Source of the DNA: Minisyncoccota bacterium
GTDB taxonomy: Bacteria; Patescibacteriota; Minisyncoccia; UBA6257
Length of the DNA stretch: 64,000 bases
Assembly (NCBI GenBank): GCA_035385585.1
Contig: DAOOKJ010000002.1
Coordinates: forward strand, 595 to 64,594
Direction of reading: 5' to 3'
Positions 1 through 8,381 of the stretch are shown here, one piece after another (within the stretch, counting starts at the first letter, position 1; every line of letters begins with the position of its first letter). The translations under genes and the position numbers were made by a program. Below the pieces are notes generated by a model. That model saw nothing but the letters and a program-made list of their open reading frames with translations, did not search any database and had not been told where the DNA came from.

Positions 1-1
1 T

Positions 2-1435
2 GCTTTCGAAAAACTGGATAATACTTTAAAAGTGGCAATGCTAGACCCGGTGAATTTAGAAACTTTAAATTTTTTGGAAAAATATACCGGCTATTTTATT
101 AAGCCATATTTGGCTTTAGATGAGGATCTGCAGGCTGCCTTTGCCCAATATGGCGCCGCTGCTTCTTCGGATTTTCAAAAGATAATCCAGGAAAGCATCC
201 GCGCCTCTCTCAAATTAAGAGGACTAGAAGCAGAAAAAGCAGCAACAGAGTTTCCAATTGTTTCCTTGATTGATAATTTAATTTCCTACGCTGCTTCTTT
301 GAATGCCTCTGATATTCATATTGAGATTTTAGCCGATGAGGTGTTGATTCGATTTAGAATAGATGGAGTACTTAAGGAAGTGTTAAGACTAGCGAAAGAA
401 ATTCATCCTGCGATAGTGGCAAGAATTAAAATTCTAGCGGGGCTGCAGATCGATGAACACAACAAACCTCAAGATGGCCGATTCAAATACAAATATGCCG
501 ATACTGTTTTTGATATCCGGGTTGCAATCATTCCTACTATGTATGGCGAAAAAGTAGAGATGCGTCTTTTAACCGGTTCAGTTAAGCCAATGAGCTTCGG
601 GGAATTAGGAATGCTAGAAGAAACTATAAGAATCGTTGAAGAAAATATTGCTAAAACTCATGGAATGATTTTAGCTACTGGTCCTACTGGCTGCGGTAAG
701 ACTACTACCTTATACGCAATTTTAAATAAAATTAATCGGCCAGAGGTAAATATTATCACCATAGAAGATCCGATTGAGTATGAACTAAAATATGTTAATC
801 AAATCCAAGTTAATCCAAAAGCGGGCATTGATTTTGCCAATGGTTTGCGGGCAATCTTAAGACAGGATCCGAATATAATTATGGTTGGAGAAATCCGCGA
901 TAATGAAACCGCAGAAATCGCCATGCACGCTGCTTTAACCGGTCATTTAGTTTTGTCTACCTTACACACTAATGATGCACCAACTGCTGTGCCTCGTCTT
1001 TTTGAAATGGGTATTCCACCATTTTTAGTTTCTGCCACCGTTAATATGGTCATTGCCCAAAGGTTAGTTAGAAGAATCTGCCGGGAATGCATTGAAAGTT
1101 ATGAAGTGCCTAGTTCTGTTTATGAAGCAGTCAACCAGCAGTTAAAAATAAGTAAGGGCAAGTTCGCCCCGCTATTTAGACCAAAATTACTTTATAGAGG
1201 AAAAGGGTGCAAGTCTTGCGGTTATACTGGTTTCCGGGGCAGATTGGCCATTTATGAAGCATTTGATATTAATGAAAAAGTAAGGGAATATATTCAAAGG
1301 CCGGATTTCTCTATTGACGGTTTGAAAAACATCGCTTTTAGTCAGGGAATGAAAATAATGTTTGAAGATGGACTATCTAAAGCCGAATTAGGACAAACAA
1401 CTATTGAAGAAGTACTGAGAGTGATAAAAGAATAA
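2..1435 (+). CDS. pilB: Type IV pilus assembly ATPase PilB/GspE family (5' end lies outside the window)
   Basis: Walker A GPTGCGKTT, Asp box TIEDPIE, LRQDPNIIMVGEIRD, STLHTN and a tetracysteine motif. The frame is open back to position 2. Confidence 0.95.
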   Translation, partial: AFEKLDNTLKVAMLDPVNLETLNFLEKYTGYFIKPYLALDEDLQAAFAQYGAAASSDFQKIIQESIRASLKLRGLEAEKAATEFPIVSLIDNLISYAASLNASDIHIEILADEVLIRFRIDGVLKEVLRLAKEIHPAIVARIKILAGLQIDEHNKPQDGRFKYKYADTVFDIRVAIIPTMYGEKVEMRLLTGSVKPMSFGELGMLEETIRIVEENIAKTHGMILATGPTGCGKTTTLYAILNKINRPEVNIITIEDPIEYELKYVNQIQVNPKAGIDFANGLRAILRQDPNIIMVGEIRDNETAEIAMHAALTGHLVLSTLHTNDAPTAVPRLFEMGIPPFLVSATVNMVIAQRLVRRICRECIESYEVPSSVYEAVNQQLKISKGKFAPLFRPKLLYRGKGCKSCGYTGFRGRLAIYEAFDINEKVREYIQRPDFSIDGLKNIAFSQGMKIMFEDGLSKAELGQTTIEEVLRVIKE

Positions 1436-1557
1436 AGGGTTTTCTGGCTTAAACAAAAAAATAAAATATAGTTTACAAGAATAAATTGAGTGCTCGGTGC
1501 TCAATGTGATAGTAAAATTTACTTCGCATTGGGCTCGTAAATTTCAATCACATTAGT

Positions 1558-2769
1558 ATGCTTTTTCATTACGTTGCTCAGGACAAACAAGGAAGAATAA
1601 AAGAAGGCAATGTTAGCCAGCCCAACCTTCAGGCAGCTTTAGATTTTTTAGCCAGCCAGAATTTAAAGCCAATTTCAGTCAGACCAATAGCACTTGAAAA
1701 GGCAAAAAAGGGAATAATAATTCGCAAAGAATCATTAAGTTTGACTGATAAAGTATTTCTAACTAAATATCTGTCTTTGATGCTGAAAGTTGGCACTGAT
1801 TTATTTTCTGCCATTGATATTCTAATTGAAGATTTTGAATCAGGGCCAGCCAGGAGATTTTTGCTGGAAATAAGAAGTAATTTGGAAAAAGGCCAGCCAT
1901 TTTATTTGGCTTTTCAAAACCACCCTGATTATTTTTCTCAAGTGGTCATAAATTTAATAAAAGCCGGGGAGAGCGCTGGAAATCTAGAAAAGACTTTGGA
2001 GCAAGTATCTTCTGACCTGGAAAGAGAAAAAGAACTTTCTAGTAAAGTAAAATCCGCCTTAATTTATCCAATGATATTAGTCGCCACCTCGTTTTTTATG
2101 ATTATATTTCTTGCGACTTTCGCCATCCCCAAATTAAGCGAAATGTTTTTGTCAACCGGCAAAGAAGTGCCACTTTATACAAGAATAGTATTAGGTGTTG
2201 GAATGTTTTTAAACCGCTATGTTTTCATTGTTATTCCTTTAATTATCGGCGTTCCTCTGATTTTATATTTTTATTTTTCTAAAAATAAAACAGGGAAAAT
2301 GTATTTTAATAATCTTTTAGAAAAAATTCCCGTAGTGAAGAATTTGGTAGAGAAAATGGCTTTAGAAAGGTTCGCTTCTGTTTTGGGCTCTCTAATTAAA
2401 GCTGGAATGCCAATTATTCAAGCGGTTGAGGTAACTGCTCAGGCAGTTGGCAATCCCAAATATGAGGCTTCATTAAATAGAATTGCAAAAGAATATTTGA
2501 GTAAAGGAATTTCAATCGGCGATTCTTTCAAAAGAGAGAAAATTTTTCCGGCAGTAGTGTCTAATCTATTAGCCATTGGAGAAAAAGCCGGTCACACAGA
2601 AGAGATATTATTTACTTTATCCACTTTTTACGAATCAGAAATAGATGTTGCTTTAAAAACTTTGGTTTCCTTTATTGAGCCGGCTCTTCTTGTTATAATC
2701 GGAATAATTGTTGGCGGTATTGCTCTGTCTTTAATAGTGCCGGTGTATCAGTTAGTGGGACAATTCTAA
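1558..2769 (+). CDS. pilC: Type IV pilus inner-membrane platform protein PilC/GspF
   Basis: Two T2SSF repeats (AGESAGNLE...ALIYP; IGEKAG...FIEP); follows pilB. Confidence 0.93.
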   Translation: MLFHYVAQDKQGRIKEGNVSQPNLQAALDFLASQNLKPISVRPIALEKAKKGIIIRKESLSLTDKVFLTKYLSLMLKVGTDLFSAIDILIEDFESGPARRFLLEIRSNLEKGQPFYLAFQNHPDYFSQVVINLIKAGESAGNLEKTLEQVSSDLEREKELSSKVKSALIYPMILVATSFFMIIFLATFAIPKLSEMFLSTGKEVPLYTRIVLGVGMFLNRYVFIVIPLIIGVPLILYFYFSKNKTGKMYFNNLLEKIPVVKNLVEKMALERFASVLGSLIKAGMPIIQAVEVTAQAVGNPKYEASLNRIAKEYLSKGISIGDSFKREKIFPAVVSNLLAIGEKAGHTEEILFTLSTFYESEIDVALKTLVSFIEPALLVIIGIIVGGIALSLIVPVYQLVGQF

Positions 2770-2774
2770 AAATA

Positions 2775-2970
2775 AATCAAAATTCAAAACTCAAAAGTCA
2801 AAATTATAATTCAAAATTTAAATTCAAAATTTAAATTCAAAATGCAAAAGTAAAGATTTTAAAATTTAAACTTTTTACTTGTAATTTCTTACCTGTCTAA
2901 ACCCCGCCCTTTTTGAAAAAAGAGCAGGATTTAGCAGGGTGAAACTTTTGAGTTTTGAATTTATATTTTT
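2775..2970. repeat. Inverted degenerate heptamer arrays (TCAAAAN ... NTTTTGA) with an inserted palindrome
   Basis: tcaaaat tcaaaac tcaaaag tcaaaat... on the left; acttttg agttttg on the right. Confidence 0.75.
2888..2945. repeat. REP-like palindrome, family B, copy 1
   Basis: cctgtctaaaccccgccctttttgaaaaaagagcaggatttagcagggtgaa; related copies at 12378 and 53429. Confidence 0.8.
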
Positions 2971-3474
2971 ATGTGTTTTCATACAAAATACAAAATACAA
3001 AATACAAAATACAGATTCCGCGGCTTTACTCTTGTAGAACTTCTTATTGTTATTGGTATTACTGCTACAATGGCAACGGTTGGCATTGGTTATTATATGA
3101 ACCAGCAAAAAACTAAACTTTTAGAAACCACTGCTCAAGAGATTGTTAGTTATCTAAAATATGCCCAACAAAAATCAATCTCACAAGAACAGGGATTACA
3201 ATGGGGAGTCCATTTTGAAAACCCCTCTTCTGGTCAGGATTTTTACGCTCTTTATACTGGGACCACTTATTCTAATCCAATTGAAACAAAATATCTCCCA
3301 GAAGGAATAGAATTTTCTATACCCCAAACAGCAAGTTCAGTCGATATTTCGTTTTCCAAACTCACAGGCAAAAATTATAGTGGAACTAACCAATCTGTTA
3401 CCATTCTATCTACCTTTAATAATGCTACTACCACAATTACTGTTTCTTCTTTAGGATTAGTGACTTATCAATAA
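2971..3474 (+). CDS. Type IV pilin-like protein (FimT/GspH-like minor pilin)
   Basis: Class III signal RG|FTLVELLIVIGI; leader encoded by (ATACAAA)n. Confidence 0.9.
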   Translation: MCFHTKYKIQNTKYRFRGFTLVELLIVIGITATMATVGIGYYMNQQKTKLLETTAQEIVSYLKYAQQKSISQEQGLQWGVHFENPSSGQDFYALYTGTTYSNPIETKYLPEGIEFSIPQTASSVDISFSKLTGKNYSGTNQSVTILSTFNNATTTITVSSLGLVTYQ

Positions 3475-3522
3475 AGTAGCAATAACAATAATAAAATTTT
3501 ATCGTCTTGATCTATTTTTTTC

Positions 3523-3615
3523 ATGTTTTTCCATAGTCCCATTGACGAAGTCCGCATTTACAATCGGGTTCTTAGTCCCGCAGAAATTCAACAGCACTAT
3601 AACTCCAGACAATAA
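3523..3615 (+). pseudogene. Isolated C-terminal fragment of a LamG/ConA-like domain
   Basis: Translates MFFHSPIDEVRIYNRVLSPAEIQQHYNSRQ*, matching the IDEVRIYNRALS motif that ends LamG domains. Confidence 0.75.
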
Positions 3616-3733
3616 CTGACAGCAAAATTTCTAATTTTAAATTTCCAATTTTAAATTTTTAATTTTATAAATAAAAATAATTTCCTAAAAAATTTAGGCG
3701 GATAAAGTTGGTAATTAATTTGTGAAACACCAA

Positions 3734-4750
3734 ATGCTCTTTACAAAATACAAAATACAAAATACAAAATACAGACTTTGTGGTCAATCTCTTTTAGAAC
3801 TTCTTTTATCCATTGCAGTCGGGACAATTTTAATTGGCGGGTCGGTGCTATTAATGACTACTTCTTTAAGAAGTTATCAATCAATAAAACAACGATTAAC
3901 TATTAATTCTTTATCTCGACAAGAAGCAGAGGTTATAATTTCCAAGGCTCAAGATAGTTGGCATAGTGTTTATGATTTAACAAGGGCAACAGATTATTAT
4001 ACTACTTCAACTAATAATGTTTGGAGTTTTAATTCTGGCAAAGAAGAATCCACAATTAATAATGTTTCTTATAGAAGATATTTCCAAGTGTTAGATGCTT
4101 TACGAGATGATTCAGGAAACATCGCTACTTCAGGAAATACTGACCCAAATACTTTAAAAATCAATGTTTTTTTGGAATACGGAATTAATTACAATTCTTC
4201 TTCCAGTTTAGTTTTTTATCTTACTCGTTCTTCTAATAATCAAGTTTTTCAACAGACAGACTGGTCTGAAGGACAGGGTCAAACTGGTCCTCTTCCTAAT
4301 CCCGGAAATAAATTTGATACTTCTACCAATATTAACTTCGCTTCAACAACCGGTTCTATTTATATGGCCACAACGACCATCGCGGCAGAATTAACTTCCT
4401 CTATTTTAGATACCGGTGTTGATGGAGGGGCTGGATTCAATTCGCTTCTTTGGCAAGGAAGCAAAGGAACTAATGGTTATGTTAAATTTCAGATTGCTTT
4501 TTCTAATTCTATTACTGGTCCTTGGACGTATTATGGTTGTACAACTATTCCTTCTTCTTGTTTGAATCCAAATAATTGGACAACTGCCAGCAGTTCTTTG
4601 GCTGCTTTAGAACCAAACACCTCCTTACCTTTGCCTTTTTATAGTACTCCTAGCCCTCAGAATAAACGTTATATTCGCTATAAAATTTTTCTTTCCACTT
4701 CTGGCACTTCTCCTCAAATAAATGATATAATAATAAACTGGAGCCCGTAG
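3734..4750 (+). CDS. Type IV pilin-like protein with C-terminal beta-rich extension
   Basis: CG|QSLLELLLSI prepilin-like motif; ATG at 3734 (ORF track starts at GTG 3722). Confidence 0.85.
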   Translation: MLFTKYKIQNTKYRLCGQSLLELLLSIAVGTILIGGSVLLMTTSLRSYQSIKQRLTINSLSRQEAEVIISKAQDSWHSVYDLTRATDYYTTSTNNVWSFNSGKEESTINNVSYRRYFQVLDALRDDSGNIATSGNTDPNTLKINVFLEYGINYNSSSSLVFYLTRSSNNQVFQQTDWSEGQGQTGPLPNPGNKFDTSTNINFASTTGSIYMATTTIAAELTSSILDTGVDGGAGFNSLLWQGSKGTNGYVKFQIAFSNSITGPWTYYGCTTIPSSCLNPNNWTTASSSLAALEPNTSLPLPFYSTPSPQNKRYIRYKIFLSTSGTSPQINDIIINWSP

Positions 4751-4753
4751 TCA

Positions 4754-4781
4754 CGAAACATGTAACATGAAACTTGAAACA
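4754..4781 (+). repeat. Heptamer array TGAAACA-type (left flank of four-helix-bundle gene)
   Basis: cgaaaca tgtaaca tgaaact tgaaaca. Confidence 0.8.
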
Positions 4782-4789
4782 TAAAAAAT

Positions 4790-5152
4790 ATGAAACAAAG
4801 CCTCACCGGATCTTTCCATAAAAAATTAAGATTTAAATTAGATAAATTTGTTTCTTTAATTTATCAACTTACTAAAAATTTTCCGAAAGATGAATTATAT
4901 GGAGTTACTTCTCAATTAAGACGTTCTTCTCTTTCAATAATTTTGAATTATATCGAAGGTTATGGTAGAATGAAAAGTAAGGTATACCAAAATTTCATAG
5001 AAATTTCTTACGGCTCCTTAAAAGAAACTAAATATTTACTATACTTTTCTTATAAGGAAAATTATCTTTCTTTTGATGAATATCAAACAACTATACAACT
5101 ATCGGAAGAAATAGGAGCAATGCTTTATGGGATTTTAAAAAATATAAAATAA
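4790..5152 (+). CDS. Four helix bundle protein (23S rRNA IVP / TIGR02436 / Avd-like family)
   Basis: TKNFPKDELYGVTSQLRRSSLSIILNYIEGYGR...ISYGSLKET signature; 120 aa. Confidence 0.92.
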   Translation: MKQSLTGSFHKKLRFKLDKFVSLIYQLTKNFPKDELYGVTSQLRRSSLSIILNYIEGYGRMKSKVYQNFIEISYGSLKETKYLLYFSYKENYLSFDEYQTTIQLSEEIGAMLYGILKNIK

Positions 5153-5157
5153 CTAAT

Positions 5158-6156
5158 ATGTTTCAGGTTTCACGTTTCAAGTTTCATAAAAAAGCTTTTA
5201 CTCTGATGGAACTTTTGCTTTATTCTGGTATTTTAGTGATTTCTGCAGGATTAATTGGCGGGATTGTTTATACTATTTCTAAGGCTAATTTAAGAACCCA
5301 AGCAGAAGAAGAGGTGAATTCTTTAATGATGCGGCTAGAGGAAGTATTTCGCCAAAAAATCGAGGTAGCAAAAGGAGTTAATAGTTTTGGAGTAGGGGGC
5401 GCGACATTGGAATTAAATATGGGCAACTCAACTACGACTTTTAGTTCAAGTAATTTTACTTTGTATTTAAATGAGGGCGCTAGTGATTTACCATTAAACG
5501 ACTCTAATAAAGTGAAAGTTACTTCTTTAGTTTTTTCTCCAACCGGCGCTACTGGCGCGGCAATTTCCAACACTTATCATTACGCTTGGAGTGGCAATGT
5601 TGGTTGGATTGATTTTGGTTATCCAGGTTCAAATGTAAGAGTCCCAACTGGTGAAGGTGAACTAACTGGCGCTGCCTATATTTTATCTGATGGCTCTTGG
5701 ATTTCTTTAAATTGCAAGACCACTGATAGTTGTTCATCGAATAATTATAAAGTAAGTTCTGATTCAAACGGTAATTTAAGCGGTTGGGGATGGTCAGATA
5801 ATTACGGCTGGGTTAGTTTTAGTTGCAAAACTGGCGGTTCAGATGGAGGAGATATTTGTTCTTCTTCTAATTATGGCGTGAAAGTGGCAACAACTACCAC
5901 AGAAAATTATCAGGCAGGCGAATTTGATGGTTATGCTTATTCCGAAAACATTGGCTGGATATCTTTTAGTTGCAAAACTGGCGGCGAAGACAAAACTGAT
6001 ATTTGTGATACTTCTGATTACCGAGTTCAAGACTTAAGGATGAACACAAATGCGGTAAAAATAGATATTACTCTGGAATACAACTCTCAAAAACCAGAAC
6101 AGCAAATTACTAGAACTAACAGTTTTGTTTTTAATATTCTTACCCCAGCGAAATGA
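5158..6156 (+). CDS. Type IV pilin-like protein (PilW-like) with inserted GxAWSxNxGWISF repeat domain
   Basis: KA|FTLMELLLY; repeats YAWSGNVGWIDF, WGWSDNYGWVSFSC, YAYSENIGWISFSC. Confidence 0.85.
   Translation: MFQVSRFKFHKKAFTLMELLLYSGILVISAGLIGGIVYTISKANLRTQAEEEVNSLMMRLEEVFRQKIEVAKGVNSFGVGGATLELNMGNSTTTFSSSNFTLYLNEGASDLPLNDSNKVKVTSLVFSPTGATGAAISNTYHYAWSGNVGWIDFGYPGSNVRVPTGEGELTGAAYILSDGSWISLNCKTTDSCSSNNYKVSSDSNGNLSGWGWSDNYGWVSFSCKTGGSDGGDICSSSNYGVKVATTTTENYQAGEFDGYAYSENIGWISFSCKTGGEDKTDICDTSDYRVQDLRMNTNAVKIDITLEYNSQKPEQQITRTNSFVFNILTPAK
5159..5186 (-). repeat. Inverted heptamer array (right flank; encodes the next pilin leader)
   Basis: tgtttca ggtttca cgtttca agtttca is the reverse complement of the left array. 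Confidence 0.8.
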
Positions 6157-6222
6157 GGCACTAAATTTTAATTTTAAAATAATTTTTTAATGTCTTAATT
6201 TTTAAAAATTAACAAATTTAGA

Positions 6223-6639
6223 GTGTTTATTTATAGAATTAAAAATTACAAAATTAAAAATTGTTTTCGTGGAGTCGCCTCTCTTATTACGATTATTTCT
6301 TTAGGGACTTTAATTTTTATTATTTCTTTAGCCACCAGTATTCTTGCTTATTACTCAAATTTAAATATAGATTCCAATAAAAAAGCCACCATCGCAAACT
6401 ATGCTACTTATAGCGGGCTTCAGGATGCCTTGTTAAAATTAGAAAGAAATAAAGATTATAGTTCTTCTTTTAATTTAAGCGTTAATGGGACTAATGATGT
6501 TTCGGTAACTGTTTCCGGTGGGACAATTACTAGCACTGCTACTTTTTCCCAAATTAGCAAGAAATTACAAACAGAAGTTGTTATTGATTCTACCACTGGA
6601 CTAATTATCCCCACTTCAACTAGAGAGTTGACTTTATGA
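6223..6639 (+). CDS. PilX/GspK-like minor pilin
   Basis: RG|VASLITII hydrophobic helix without E5, then ATYSGLQDALLKL. Confidence 0.7.
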   Translation: MFIYRIKNYKIKNCFRGVASLITIISLGTLIFIISLATSILAYYSNLNIDSNKKATIANYATYSGLQDALLKLERNKDYSSSFNLSVNGTNDVSVTVSGGTITSTATFSQISKKLQTEVVIDSTTGLIIPTSTRELTL

Positions 6640-8156
6640 AAAACAATGTTCAAAAAAAGTTTAAAATTAATTGGCAAAAGTTATTAGTGCCTGAGTTTAG
6701 AATTTATGGCGTTTCTTTAAATGATTACGAAATTAAAATTTTCTGCTTTGATAAATCCTTAAATAAAATTTCTACTGTAAATAAATTTGTTTTGCCAGCA
6801 GGAATTATTAAAGAAGGTATTCTTCAAAATCCCGAGGCTTTCAAATCTTTTTTTAGTTCGTTAAAGGAAAAACTATGGCGAAAAGAAAAAAATGTCTGGA
6901 TAATCTTGTCATTACCTTCGGCAAATTTTTATATTAATTATTTTTCTTTGCCAGAATTAAGCGAAACTCAATTAAAGGACGCGGTAATTTTTAATGCTCA
7001 AATGGCAGCCCCTCTCCCCCTAGAAGAATCTTATTTTGATTGGGAAGATTGGGGACTATCGCAAAAAGAGTTTGAAAAAGAAATTTTTATCGCTTTGGGA
7101 ATTAAAAAACAAATTGACCCCTATTGGGAAATCTTTAAAGATTTAGGTCTAAAGATAGTGGCTATTGAGCCTTATGCTTTGTCTTTAACCCGTTTCGTCT
7201 ATAATTTTTTGGAACAAGAAGAACCGGTTTTAATTATTGATGTTAGAAATGATGGGATGGAGTTTGTAATTAGTGAAGGGAAGAAACTTATTTACTTTGA
7301 TTACGATTCCTGGCATGAAATTTTCGGCCAGAATATTCCTCAAAAAATTCTGCCTTCTCATTTAGAAAAACATCTTTTAAATGAAATCCCGATGATTTTA
7401 AACTTTTATTCTTTAAAAAGGCAAAAATCGTTAAAAAGATTTCTTCTTTTAAGCGAAAATGACCAATTATTGGTTTACTTTTACGATTGGCTAAACAAGA
7501 ATTATGGCTTAAATCCCTTGGAATTTAATGTCCCTCCTTTTTTAAAGAACCTTAAAAGAGATTGGGCTGGAGTGGTCGGTTGTGCTTTACGGGGGTTGAT
7601 TTCGCGGGGAAAAGACACTATTGTTTCCTTGGCGCCAATTCAAACCGAAGAGGATTATTATCAATCGCATTTAATAAGCACGGTTTCTTTATGGCTTAAA
7701 ATTATTGTTACTGTTTTGGGGTGTTTTACTTTAGTTTATGGTCTTGTGGATTATGCTCTGTTTATTAGAACAGAAAAAAGGTTTGCGGCTGACGCCATAG
7801 CTGCGCTTAACCCAACTATTCTGCAAAAACAAGAACAACTGCAAAGATCAGCCGATGAATTCAATACTTTAGTCCGAAAGGCAGAAGCAATTAATACTTT
7901 TAAAAAAGATTTTGCTGCTATTTTGAATGAAATTAGTAACCAAACAAAAGATTCTATTACTTTAAAAAGGATTTTTATCACTGATAGCGGTACTTTTAAC
8001 ATTACTATCACCGGAGAGGCAAAATCAAAAGAGGCCATTGTTAATTTTAAGCAGACATTGGAAGAAAAACGGATCCTACAAGATTCTTCTTTGCCGCTTG
8101 AAGCGATGGTGGAAACTCCTCAGGGGGTTAGTTTCATTTTGAACGGAAAGTTATAA
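6636..8156 (+). CDS. PilM-like actin-fold protein fused to a PilN-like TM/periplasmic domain
   Basis: LPAGIIKEGILQNPE, IEPYALSLTR and VVGCALRGL, then a TM helix and a ferredoxin-like tail (ITITGEAKS). Confidence 0.7.
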   Translation: MKNNVQKKFKINWQKLLVPEFRIYGVSLNDYEIKIFCFDKSLNKISTVNKFVLPAGIIKEGILQNPEAFKSFFSSLKEKLWRKEKNVWIILSLPSANFYINYFSLPELSETQLKDAVIFNAQMAAPLPLEESYFDWEDWGLSQKEFEKEIFIALGIKKQIDPYWEIFKDLGLKIVAIEPYALSLTRFVYNFLEQEEPVLIIDVRNDGMEFVISEGKKLIYFDYDSWHEIFGQNIPQKILPSHLEKHLLNEIPMILNFYSLKRQKSLKRFLLLSENDQLLVYFYDWLNKNYGLNPLEFNVPPFLKNLKRDWAGVVGCALRGLISRGKDTIVSLAPIQTEEDYYQSHLISTVSLWLKIIVTVLGCFTLVYGLVDYALFIRTEKRFAADAIAALNPTILQKQEQLQRSADEFNTLVRKAEAINTFKKDFAAILNEISNQTKDSITLKRIFITDSGTFNITITGEAKSKEAIVNFKQTLEEKRILQDSSLPLEAMVETPQGVSFILNGKL

Positions 8157-8167
8157 CAAAGTCTACC

Positions 8168-8320
8168 CTCTCTGCCCCAATACTGCTTCGGCACCGGCTG
8201 TCGGCTCGCTCCAGCCGCTGAGCCGCAGCCTAAGCTCTCGGCCTGACGGCTCTTTCGCTTCGCTCAAGACCAAGCCCGTCAGGCCTGCGAGGTTTGCTTC
8301 AGCAGTATTGGGGCAGAGAG
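8168..8320. mobile_element. GC-rich MITE/REP-like element, family A, intact copy
   Basis: Perfect 20-bp inverted repeat ctctctgccccaatactgct (8168-8187) / agcagtattggggcagagag (8301-8320); internal stems. Confidence 0.8.
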
Positions 8321-8381
8321 AACAGCAATGAGACATTATTCTTAAGAGAGTATTTATTATATAGAGAATTTCTTATTTTTT

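Noticed and set aside
4790-5152. Diversity-generating retroelement suggested by the Avd-like gene next to pilins
   Set aside because: No reverse transcriptase and no TR/VR pair with adenine-specific mismatches is visible in the window.
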